Source: Ruminococcus flavefaciens
Lineage (GTDB): Bacteria > Bacillota > Clostridia > Oscillospirales > Ruminococcaceae
Direction: 5' to 3'
NCBI GenBank assembly: GCA_902792235.1
Contig: CADAYP010000020.1
Location: 1,253 to 65,252 of the forward strand
Length of the DNA stretch: 64,000 nt
Positions 9,494 through 17,700 of the stretch are shown in pieces. Positions within the stretch are counted from its first letter, which is position 1. The number at the start of each line of letters is the position of its first letter. The position numbers and the translations under genes are program-made. Below the pieces are notes generated by a model, which searched no databases, was not told the origin of the DNA, and saw nothing but the letters and a program-made list of their open reading frames with translations.

Positions 9494-10918
9494 ATGAGGA
9501 AACTTTCAGCATTATTCTTATCGGCAGTACTTGCACTGTCTGCAACAGGCTGTGAACTAAAAAAGTCCGACAGCGAACCACCGGAAGATGTCGAGACAGT
9601 GACCGAAACTGAGACGGACACGGACACTCCGGCTGACGGCGAAACGGAATCGCCGGACGCTGATGACAAGAAAGAAACGTCAGAGCCGGTTTTCCGCAAA
9701 TACAGCGAGGATGATTTTTCTTCAATAAAGCTGAATATCAATGAGACCGATGCCGCACCGCCGGTAGATATTAAATCTGTCGAACCCGGAAAAATGAGTT
9801 TTGGTGAGAGAATGTCGCCGTGCAAGGCGGAAGATGTCTATCAGAATTACGGTTCGTACTTTTATGCCGGAGGCGATGAAAGCGTTCAGAATACTGACGA
9901 CACACGCTATCAGCGTGCGCTTGAGATATGCTCAAAGCCTTGCAGTGGAAACATAGTGGATATAGTGTATCTCGACGGATATTTCTATATGTCCGTTAAT
10001 TTCGATGATTACTGCTCACTGCATGACTCGTCGCTTTTCCGTTATGACCCCGAAACCAGCAAATATGAAGAGGTCGATACACGCACAGGACTTGATTATC
10101 ACGGCTGTTATAATGCTCTCTGCGGATACTGCGGTAAACTTTATTATACCGATCTCCGTGTTTCACAGGACGAGCCGTGTAATATATACTCCTACGACGT
10201 TAAAACAGGAGAAACTGCGGAAATCTCACACATAGACAAGAACATCGCCTACCTGATTCCAACCGAAAACGGACTGTATTCCGAAAGCTATGTGTTTGAT
10301 ACAGAGGGACAGGACTATTCCATGGAGTACGATGTTATTGATTATGATACCGGCAATACCATTGCTGTTTCGGAAGGACTGTTCGGCCGTGAGGGAGACC
10401 GTATGAGGTTTTTCTGCGAAGGAGAGCCTGTTCGTGTGACAGGAGGATATGACGGATTTGAATATAGGCCGGTCACGGTCACAACTAAGTATTACAAAAT
10501 ATCCACCGACCTTGAACAGTACATCGACATATTCGCATGGAAAGACAGACTCTGCATACTCAATTCGGAATCAATTGAAAACGGTTCAGCTAAGCCTTGC
10601 CTTTATACCTACGACCTCAAAACAATGGAGCGTACAGTTATTGACTTCAGCGAGTATAATCAGGGAATCAGGAAAAAGTCCGGAGACGGTATATTCATCT
10701 GTTCGCAGGATAAATACGAATGGGGAAAGTCGGAATTTACACTGTTCTATCTTATGCCGCAGTATGGCACGATTTTCAAGATAGACTCCGGTATAGAAAA
10801 TCCATACGATGGACAAAGTGCAGATGCTCCGTATATCATGTCTATGGAGGAGCGTTATGGTGAAGACGAGTTCGATGACTATTATTGGGTGCCTAAGAAA
10901 ATATATTGGGTAAATTAA
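9494..10918 (+). CDS. Uncharacterised lipoprotein, acidic linker plus beta-rich (propeller-like) domain
   Basis: Signal peptide II ending ATGC; E/T/D-rich linker; recurring (L/I)YxYD motifs. Confidence 0.75.
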   Translation: MRKLSALFLSAVLALSATGCELKKSDSEPPEDVETVTETETDTDTPADGETESPDADDKKETSEPVFRKYSEDDFSSIKLNINETDAAPPVDIKSVEPGKMSFGERMSPCKAEDVYQNYGSYFYAGGDESVQNTDDTRYQRALEICSKPCSGNIVDIVYLDGYFYMSVNFDDYCSLHDSSLFRYDPETSKYEEVDTRTGLDYHGCYNALCGYCGKLYYTDLRVSQDEPCNIYSYDVKTGETAEISHIDKNIAYLIPTENGLYSESYVFDTEGQDYSMEYDVIDYDTGNTIAVSEGLFGREGDRMRFFCEGEPVRVTGGYDGFEYRPVTVTTKYYKISTDLEQYIDIFAWKDRLCILNSESIENGSAKPCLYTYDLKTMERTVIDFSEYNQGIRKKSGDGIFICSQDKYEWGKSEFTLFYLMPQYGTIFKIDSGIENPYDGQSADAPYIMSMEERYGEDEFDDYYWVPKKIYWVN

Positions 10919-10935
10919 CGCAGAGGAGGACGAAA

Positions 10936-11892
10936 ATGCCTGAATTAAAATGTAAAATGTTCAAGGAATCGGAAAAGTCAGCCGCTTCTGAAAGTATAGT
11001 GATACAGATTTTGTCATTTGTGTTCATATTTGGCATAATCATGCTCGCGGAAGCGATTATTCCGTGGCTTCTTGCCGATGATGAGGTAAAGGAAAAACTC
11101 ACACTGCTTGGCTTTTACAGCGGCAGAGAACTGAGTATGGCGGAAGTGCGTGATGTTACTATGGAGGTAGCGATTCAGCCGAAAATATTTGTCCCGACGC
11201 TTTTGTGTACCGGTTTCGGAACCGTTATAAGCATTATTTACTGCCGCTTTTTTGAGGCAAGACCTCTGCGGTCTATGGGATTTGCAAAGGAAAAAGCCGT
11301 TTCACACTATCTCCGCGGACTTCTCACAGGTGCACTTCTTATGACGGCAATAACGCTGTTGTCGGTAGTGTGCAGAGGCAATAATATCACTGTTTGCAGC
11401 AATATCAATTTCGGACTGATAGGACTGTTTTTCTTCGGATTTCTGATACAGGGTATGAGCGAAGAGGTGATTTTCCGCGGATTCTTCATGAACTCTGTTG
11501 CCGGTAAATTCCCTGCGGTGATAGGCATCGGACTAAGTGCGGTCGCATTTAGTATTGCACACGTGATGAATCCTGGATTCGGAGTTCTTGTGTTCATAAA
11601 TCTTGCGATGTTTGGTGTATTTGCGTCGCTGTACATGATAGCATACGACGATATATGGGGTTCATGCGCGATACATTCGGTATGGAACTTCACGCAGGGC
11701 AGTTTTTACGGTATAAGCGTAAGCGGTTCAGGTGACCAGGAGTCTGTTTTCCGCACAACTGCCGCAAGTACGTCAAAGCTTCTGACCGGCGGTGACTTCG
11801 GAATTGAGGGAAGTATATTCACTACTATCGTCCTTGCAGCAGGGATAGCAGTCGTTATTATGAAACTGAAAAAAGCTGAAAGCAGCAAATAA
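10936..11892 (+). CDS. CPBP family (CAAX/Abi) intramembrane metalloprotease
   Basis: EEVIFRG, FSIAH, IHSVWN motifs; multiple TMs; start at ATG 10936 after GGAGG. Confidence 0.88.
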   Translation: MPELKCKMFKESEKSAASESIVIQILSFVFIFGIIMLAEAIIPWLLADDEVKEKLTLLGFYSGRELSMAEVRDVTMEVAIQPKIFVPTLLCTGFGTVISIIYCRFFEARPLRSMGFAKEKAVSHYLRGLLTGALLMTAITLLSVVCRGNNITVCSNINFGLIGLFFFGFLIQGMSEEVIFRGFFMNSVAGKFPAVIGIGLSAVAFSIAHVMNPGFGVLVFINLAMFGVFASLYMIAYDDIWGSCAIHSVWNFTQGSFYGISVSGSGDQESVFRTTAASTSKLLTGGDFGIEGSIFTTIVLAAGIAVVIMKLKKAESSK

Positions 11893-11898
11893 CATGAA

Positions 11899-11920
11899 GC
11901 CGGACTTGTATAAGTTCGGC
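11899..11920. repeat. Palindrome GCCGGACTT-N4-AAGTTCGGC, near-copy of the terminator stem at 12019-12040
   Basis: Direct comparison of the two sequences. Confidence 0.6.
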
Positions 11921-12011
11921 GGAGACTGTAAAAAGCTGGATTTGAAACAATATCTTTCGGGCGAACATTGTGCGCCCGTGCTGCTTCCATATGAAATTGG
12001 AATTTTTTGAC

Positions 12012-12051
12012 AAACAGAGCCGGACTTTTATAAGTCCGGCTCTGTTTTTTT
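12012..12051. terminator. Intrinsic terminator for CAAX gene (possibly bidirectional)
   Basis: AAACAGAGCCGGACTT/AAGTCCGGCTCTGTTT perfect inverted repeat followed by T run. Confidence 0.85.
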
Positions 12052-12055
12052 ATGC

Positions 12056-12084
12056 AAAAAGGGCAGTCCTTATAGACTGCCCTT
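12056..12084 (-). terminator. Intrinsic terminator of cellobiose phosphorylase gene
   Basis: AAGGGCAGTC/GACTGCCCTT stem, with T-tract on the minus strand. Confidence 0.8.
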
Positions 12085-12098
12085 AGCTTATTTAATTA

Positions 12099-14585
12099 TT
12101 AGCCCATTACGATCTCAACTTCGTGAACACCGCCGTCGCAGGCAGGAACTACGCAGCCCTCGATAGCCTTGCCGTCGAGAGTCATAGTCTTAACACCCTT
12201 GCAAACGTGGTTGGGGTTCTTGACAGTGATCTTGTACTCTGCGCCGCGGAACTTACGAACAGCTGTGAAGCCGTCCCATGCAGCCGGGATAGAAGGATCA
12301 ACCTTGAGGCCGTCAAATACAGGCTGTACACCGAGGATATACTGGGAAATAGCCACCATATTCCATGCAGCTGTACCTGTGAGCCATGAGTTCTTGCCCT
12401 GACCGAAGTTCTTTGCGTCCTTACCGCCGATCATCTGACCATATACATAAGGTTCTGTCTTATGGATATCAGATGTTTCCTCTGTGAATGCAGGAGCGAT
12501 CTTTGAGTAATACTCGAATGCCTTGTCGCCTCTGCCGACATAAGCCTCAGCACAGATGATCCATGCGTTGTTGTGTGTGAAGATACCTGCGTTCTCCTTG
12601 TATCCGCCGGGATATGTTGAGATCTCGCCGTACTGTATATAGTACTTTGTGAATGCAGGGTTATTGAGGACAAGACCGAACTCGCAGTTGAGGTACTTGT
12701 CGATAGAGTTAAGAGTCTTGATGTCTGCACCCTGATCCTTACCAATCTCAGACATTACAGCGAAGCCCTGCGGCTCGATGAAGATCTTACCCTCTTCGCA
12801 CTCCTTGGAGCCCATCTTCTCGCCGTTTGCGTCATAAGCTCTGATGAACCAGTCGCCGTCGAAAGCAGATTCCATAACGTTCTTCTTCATCTTGTCGATC
12901 TCAGCCTGAGCCTTCTCAGCCTCAGCAGTCTTGCCGAGGTGTCTGAGGATCTCTACATAAGCAGGACCTGTGTAAGTGAAGAGTGTGGCAACGAATGCAG
13001 ACTCAGCGATCTTGGAATAGCCGCCCTCTGCTGCAAACTTAGGATTGGTGTAGGTCTGGAATGACTCACCGGGTGTGTCAGAGAAGCATGAGAGGTTGAT
13101 ACAGTCGTTCCAGTCAGCTCTCATTGCAAGCGGGAGACCGTGAGGACCAAGGTTGTTAACGATATGATAGAAGGAAACGTCGAGGTGTTCGAGCATCTTG
13201 TGCTTGCCGTTCGGATCATCGTCGAAAGGAACGTCAGCATCGAGGATACCCCAGTCGCCTGTTTCCTTGATGTAAGCTGCAACAGAAAGTATCATCCAGA
13301 GCGGATCATCTGAGAAGTCACCGCCTATATCAGCGTTGCCCTTCTTTGTGAGAGGCTGATACTGGTGGTAGCAGCCGCCGTCTGAAAGCTGTGTTGAAGC
13401 GATGTCGATAAGACGCTCTCTTGCACGCTCAGGGATCTGGTGTACAAATCCGAGGATATCCTGGTTGGAATCACGGAAGCCCATACCTCTGCCGATACCG
13501 CTCTCGAAGTAAGAAGCAGAACGTGAGAGGTTGAAGGTTACCATACACTGATACTGGTTCCAGATATTTACCATTCTGTTTACCTTGTCGTCAGGTGTAT
13601 TTACCTTGAAGATAGAAAGGAGGCTGTCCCATGTATTGCGGAGCTCTTCGAGTCCGGCAGCTACCTTCTCGGGAGTGTTGTACTTCTCGATCATTGCATA
13701 AGCCTTTTCCTTATTGAGCACCCATGTTTCTCTTGTAAGGAGGTTAGCAGGCTTTTCGGAAGCAAACTTCTTGTCCTGAGGGTTCTCAGCATAGCCGAGG
13801 ATATAGATAAGTGTCTTGGACTCGCCGGGTGCGAGTGTGACCTTCTTATAGTGAGAAGCAACAGGTGACCAGCCGTCTGCGAATGAGTTGGAGGGCTTGT
13901 CAGCCTTAACGGTTTCGGGGTTGTCCCAGCCGTTGTAGATACCGCCGAGGAATGCGTCACGGTCTGTATCATAGCCGTCGATCTCGTCATTTACAGTGTA
14001 GAAAGCGTAGTGGTTACGTCTGTCTCTGTACTCAGTTACGTGGTAAATTGTAGAGCCTTCGATCTCAACACGGCCTGTTGAGAAGTTTCTCTGGAAGTTT
14101 GTGCAGTCGTCCTGTGCATCCCAGAGGCACCACTCTGCGATAGAGAAGATAGAGAAGTTCTTTGCTTCATTGCTCTCATTTGTAAGAACTACCTGCTGAA
14201 CTTCGCCGTCGTAATTCTGAGGAACGAAGAAAGTAACTTCAGCCTTGAGGCCGTTCTTCTTACCTGTGATGATGGTGTAACCCATACCGTGGCGGCACTG
14301 GTACTCATCAAGGGGAGTCTTAACAGGCGACCAGCCGGGGTTCCAGATGGTGCCGTTGTCGTTGATATAGAAATAACGTCCGCCCATGTCGATCGGAACG
14401 TTGTTGTAGCGATAACGTGTGATACGGCGGAGACGAGCGTCTTTATAGAAGCAATAGCCGCCTGCTGTGTTGGAAATGAGTGAGAAGAAACCCTGGTTGC
14501 CGAGGTAGTTTATCCACGGATAGGGAGTCTTGGGGGAATTGATAACGTACTCCTTTTTGGAGTCGTCAAAGAATCCGAACTTCAT
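12099..14585 (-). CDS. cbpA: Cellobiose phosphorylase (GH94)
   Basis: [53 protein letters not shown]; 828 aa; strongly biased codons. Confidence 0.93.
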   Translation of the reverse strand: MKFGFFDDSKKEYVINSPKTPYPWINYLGNQGFFSLISNTAGGYCFYKDARLRRITRYRYNNVPIDMGGRYFYINDNGTIWNPGWSPVKTPLDEYQCRHGMGYTIITGKKNGLKAEVTFFVPQNYDGEVQQVVLTNESNEAKNFSIFSIAEWCLWDAQDDCTNFQRNFSTGRVEIEGSTIYHVTEYRDRRNHYAFYTVNDEIDGYDTDRDAFLGGIYNGWDNPETVKADKPSNSFADGWSPVASHYKKVTLAPGESKTLIYILGYAENPQDKKFASEKPANLLTRETWVLNKEKAYAMIEKYNTPEKVAAGLEELRNTWDSLLSIFKVNTPDDKVNRMVNIWNQYQCMVTFNLSRSASYFESGIGRGMGFRDSNQDILGFVHQIPERARERLIDIASTQLSDGGCYHQYQPLTKKGNADIGGDFSDDPLWMILSVAAYIKETGDWGILDADVPFDDDPNGKHKMLEHLDVSFYHIVNNLGPHGLPLAMRADWNDCINLSCFSDTPGESFQTYTNPKFAAEGGYSKIAESAFVATLFTYTGPAYVEILRHLGKTAEAEKAQAEIDKMKKNVMESAFDGDWFIRAYDANGEKMGSKECEEGKIFIEPQGFAVMSEIGKDQGADIKTLNSIDKYLNCEFGLVLNNPAFTKYYIQYGEISTYPGGYKENAGIFTHNNAWIICAEAYVGRGDKAFEYYSKIAPAFTEETSDIHKTEPYVYGQMIGGKDAKNFGQGKNSWLTGTAAWNMVAISQYILGVQPVFDGLKVDPSIPAAWDGFTAVRKFRGAEYKITVKNPNHVCKGVKTMTLDGKAIEGCVVPACDGGVHEVEIVMG

Positions 14586-14644
14586 AATTTTTCTCCTTTA
14601 TTTTTCATTGCAAAAGCGGAAGGAAAATCTCCGCAATTTCTATC

Positions 14645-14673
14645 ATTATAACATATTTCTGCATTTATTACAA
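14645..14673 (-). promoter_or_regulatory. SigA-type promoter of cbpA
   Basis: Minus strand TTGTAA-17-TATAAT with TG extension. Confidence 0.6.
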
Positions 14674-14760
14674 GTCTTTACCTGAAATTAAGAGTGTACT
14701 ATTTTCACTATTGAAATTGTGCAGTTTAGACAAAAAGTGACGGATCACGGCTTGGCAGAA

Positions 14761-14782
14761 GCCGGATAATATCCGCCTCTAC
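14761..14782 (-). repeat. GTAG-type REP-like palindrome
   Basis: Minus strand GTAGAGGCGGATATTATCCGGC; core shared with 51913-51931. Confidence 0.45.
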
Positions 14783-14799
14783 TTTTTTCGCGTTTTGGC

Positions 14800-14828
14800 T
14801 TGAAATGTGACCGGATTCATGGTATAAT
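14800..14828 (+). promoter_or_regulatory. SigA-type promoter of purD
   Basis: TTGAAA-17-TATAAT with TG extension. Confidence 0.7.
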
Positions 14829-14880
14829 AAAAAATACAGATGTTTTTTGATTTGAATTATTTATCAGGAGGAAATATATA

Positions 14881-16179
14881 ATGAAAAATATTTTAGTTGT
14901 AGGCGGCGGCGGACGTGAGCACGCTATCATCATGAAGCTTGCAGAGAGCGAAAAGGTAGGCAAGCTCTGGTGTGCTCCCGGAAACGGCGGTATATCGAAG
15001 TATGCCGAGTGTTTCAACGTCTCTGCCACTGATATAGACGGTATAGTTGAACTCGCAAAGAAGCTCAGCCCTGATATGGTAGTGGTTGCCCCCGATGACC
15101 CGCTCGTGCTTGGTATGGTAGATAAGCTTCAGGCAGAAGGATTCATGACATTCGGACCTAAGGCAAATGCCGCTATAATCGAGGGCTCAAAGGTGTTCTC
15201 GAAGGAACTCATGAAGAAGTACGATATCCCTACAGCATTCTACGAGGTTTTCACTGAGAGCGACAAGGCTATTGCTTACCTCAAGGAGCAGAACAGCTAT
15301 CCTGCTGTTATCAAGGCTGACGGACTTGCTCTCGGCAAGGGCGTTATAATCGCTCAGAACGAGGAAGAGGCGGTCAAGGCTGTACATGATATGATAGACG
15401 AGCTTAAATTCGGAAAGAGCTCTGCAAGAATCGTAATCGAGGAATTCCTCACAGGTCCTGAGGTTTCAGTGCTTTCATTCACTGACGGCAAAACTATGGT
15501 ACCGATGATATCTTCTATGGACCATAAGCGTGCACTCGACGGTGACAAGGGTCTGAATACAGGCGGAATGGGCACTATCTCTCCTAACCCCTACTACACC
15601 GACGAGGTAGCAAAGGAGTGCATGGAAAAGATTTTCCTCCCGACCATGAACGCTATGAATGCTGAGGGCAGAACTTTTGAGGGCTGTCTCTACTTCGGTC
15701 TCATGATCACTCCTAAGGGACCCAAGGTAATAGAGTATAACTGCCGCTTCGGTGACCCTGAAACACAGGTAGTCCTCCCCATGCTTGACGCTGACCTCTA
15801 TGAGATTTTCGAGGCTATTTATAACCATGAACTCGACAAGGTTGATATAAAATGGCACAAGGGAAGCTGTGCCTGCGTAGTTATGGCGAGCGGCGGCTAT
15901 CCTGAGAGCTACCCCAAGGGTATCGAAATGAACGGCTTTGACGATAACGGACAGGTCGAGGGATGCTTCGTTTACCACGCAGGTACAAAGCTCAGCGACG
16001 ACGGAAAGTTCCTCACAAACGGCGGACGTGTTATCGGTGTAACTGCTAAGGGTGATGACCTCCCGAAGGCTCTTGACAATGCATACAGCGGTGTAAAGAA
16101 GATAAGCTTCGAGGGTGCCCACTACAGAAAAGACATTGGACAGAGAGCTGTCGCCGCTCTCAGTGAGGGTAAGGCATAA
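14881..16179 (+). CDS. purD: Phosphoribosylamine-glycine ligase
   Basis: GGGGREHA, KADGLALGKGV, NTGGMG, EYNCRFGDPETQ. Confidence 0.97.
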   Translation: MKNILVVGGGGREHAIIMKLAESEKVGKLWCAPGNGGISKYAECFNVSATDIDGIVELAKKLSPDMVVVAPDDPLVLGMVDKLQAEGFMTFGPKANAAIIEGSKVFSKELMKKYDIPTAFYEVFTESDKAIAYLKEQNSYPAVIKADGLALGKGVIIAQNEEEAVKAVHDMIDELKFGKSSARIVIEEFLTGPEVSVLSFTDGKTMVPMISSMDHKRALDGDKGLNTGGMGTISPNPYYTDEVAKECMEKIFLPTMNAMNAEGRTFEGCLYFGLMITPKGPKVIEYNCRFGDPETQVVLPMLDADLYEIFEAIYNHELDKVDIKWHKGSCACVVMASGGYPESYPKGIEMNGFDDNGQVEGCFVYHAGTKLSDDGKFLTNGGRVIGVTAKGDDLPKALDNAYSGVKKISFEGAHYRKDIGQRAVAALSEGKA

Positions 16180-16817
16180 TGCAGGAAAAGCTTGATAAAG
16201 GTCTGTTTTTCGGTCTTATCGGCAATGCACTGTTTGTGGCATTCGGAATTATATGTTATATATATTATCTGACGTATAAGGACGAGAGTTTCCTTTCAAG
16301 AACACTTGAAGCTGTTGCCTATTGTACCGAATTTCTCGGATTCGGACTGCTTGTTTACGCGGATTATCTGCTTTCAGCAAGCCTTAGACTGAGAAAATTG
16401 CTGAAAATCAGCTTCACAGCATATATCGTGCTTGAAGCACTCATAATGATACTCGAACTTAATTCGTACAAACTTGATTTTTATCAGCCGTATTCTATGG
16501 CGATAGCGATAATCCATGCGATAGTTTCGGGTGCGGCTTGTTTTGCATTCCTTCAGCTTGACCCCGACAACACAAAGTTTGAGATTTGGATAGTTATTTC
16601 TATCGCAATGATATTCTGCGGAATGCTTGGTGTTGTACTCGGAATACGAGTATATTTCGGTGTTCTCATAAACGCACTCAGCTTTACTGTGTTGTTTGGT
16701 GCGATACGTTTCCTTCGTTCAAAGGAAGATATCGAAATCGACTGTAACGGCGATGCGGCAAGAGTTGCTGAGTATACGAGCAGTATGTTCAGTGATGACG
16801 ACAGCATAAATCAGTAA
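16179..16817 (+). CDS. Hypothetical multi-pass membrane protein
   Basis: About six hydrophobic segments; TAATG overlap with purD stop. Confidence 0.8.
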   Translation: MQEKLDKGLFFGLIGNALFVAFGIICYIYYLTYKDESFLSRTLEAVAYCTEFLGFGLLVYADYLLSASLRLRKLLKISFTAYIVLEALIMILELNSYKLDFYQPYSMAIAIIHAIVSGAACFAFLQLDPDNTKFEIWIVISIAMIFCGMLGVVLGIRVYFGVLINALSFTVLFGAIRFLRSKEDIEIDCNGDAARVAEYTSSMFSDDDSINQ

Positions 16818-16821
16818 TATT

Positions 16822-16852
16822 TCCCCCTCTTGGATAAAAAGAGGGGGATTTT
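16822..16852 (+). terminator. Intrinsic terminator
   Basis: TCCCCCTCTT/AAGAGGGGGA stem plus TTTT. Confidence 0.8.
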
Positions 16853-16859
16853 CTTTATT

Positions 16860-16913
16860 TTCGACATGAAGCGGATTTTTAGGGTTGACACGATAGAAAA
16901 TATGAACTATCAT
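16860..16913 (+). promoter_or_regulatory. Spo0A box (TTCGACA) upstream of SigA-type promoter
   Basis: TTCGACA at 16860-16866 is the reverse complement of TGTCGAA; TTGACA-17-TATCAT at 16885-16913. Confidence 0.55.
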
Positions 16914-16947
16914 TAATATAAGTGCGGATTGTTGGCGAGGTGAGACT

Positions 16948-17664
16948 ATGAAATGCAGCTTTCTTATTGGTGACAGATTTGATGGGATAGGTAGAATACT
17001 TGCAGAAAAACTCGTCTCACTCGGATTTGAGGCGCGATGTTGCAGTAATGACCCGGATACTATACTCAGTATCCTTGAGAAAGAGTATTATGACGGAGTA
17101 GTTTATAATATAATCTATCAGAAAAAGGAAACGGCTGACCTGATTCGGCGTGTTAAGTCGCTGTATCCGGAAATAAAAATGTTCTTGCTGTCTTATTCAA
17201 GGTGTAAGTACATTGAGGCTGAAATGTATAAGCTTGGAGCGACTGCTTTCATTGTGATGCCTGCTACAGTAGACTATATAAGCAAGGTCATCATGTATAA
17301 CCGCTCCGATATCTGCGGACAGCTTATTATCCCTGAGATTGCGGAATTTTTGTGCAATAAGGGATTTTGCAGTGAGGTATCCGGATTTGAGTATATATGT
17401 ATTGCGGTTGAGGAGTGTATAAAGTCGCTAGAGCTGCTTTCGGAGGTGACGTAGCAGCTGTATCCGCTTATAGCGGAAAAATGCGGCACTATGCCGCTGC
17501 TTGTTGAGCGTATGCTGCGGCATCTTGGTGAACTTGCAGTCAAGGACGGAGTCGGATTCAGGAATTTCAGCGGAGACTACCCTATTTCAAATCATGAAAT
17601 GATAGCGGCTATTGCAGACGAATTTGTTGAAACGTACAATATCTTTGATGAACCTGAAGAATAA
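16948..17664 (+). pseudogene. Spo0A-like regulator (degenerate receiver plus Spo0A C-terminal HTH) interrupted by in-frame TAG at 17452-17454
   Basis: Reading through TAG gives SEVT*QLYPLIAEKCGTMPLLVERMLRH...SNHEMIAAIAD, matching the Spo0A_C pattern TKxLYPxIAxxxxTTxxxVERAIRH; frame stays open to TAA 17664. Confidence 0.8.
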
Positions 17665-17700
17665 AAAACGCACGATACCTGTGGCATCGTGCGTTTTTTT
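17663..17700. terminator. Bidirectional terminator
   Basis: AAAAAACGCACGAT...ATCGTGCGTTTTTT. Confidence 0.85.

Noticed and set aside
10936-11892. Abortive-infection defence gene
   Set aside because: The Abi label of the CPBP/CAAX family does not imply defence, and there is no defence-island context.
17452-17454. Amber recoding or pyrrolysine at the Spo0A-like TAG
   Set aside because: TAG serves as an ordinary stop for psd (72-74), no pyl genes are in the window, and a single AAG to TAG change explains it.
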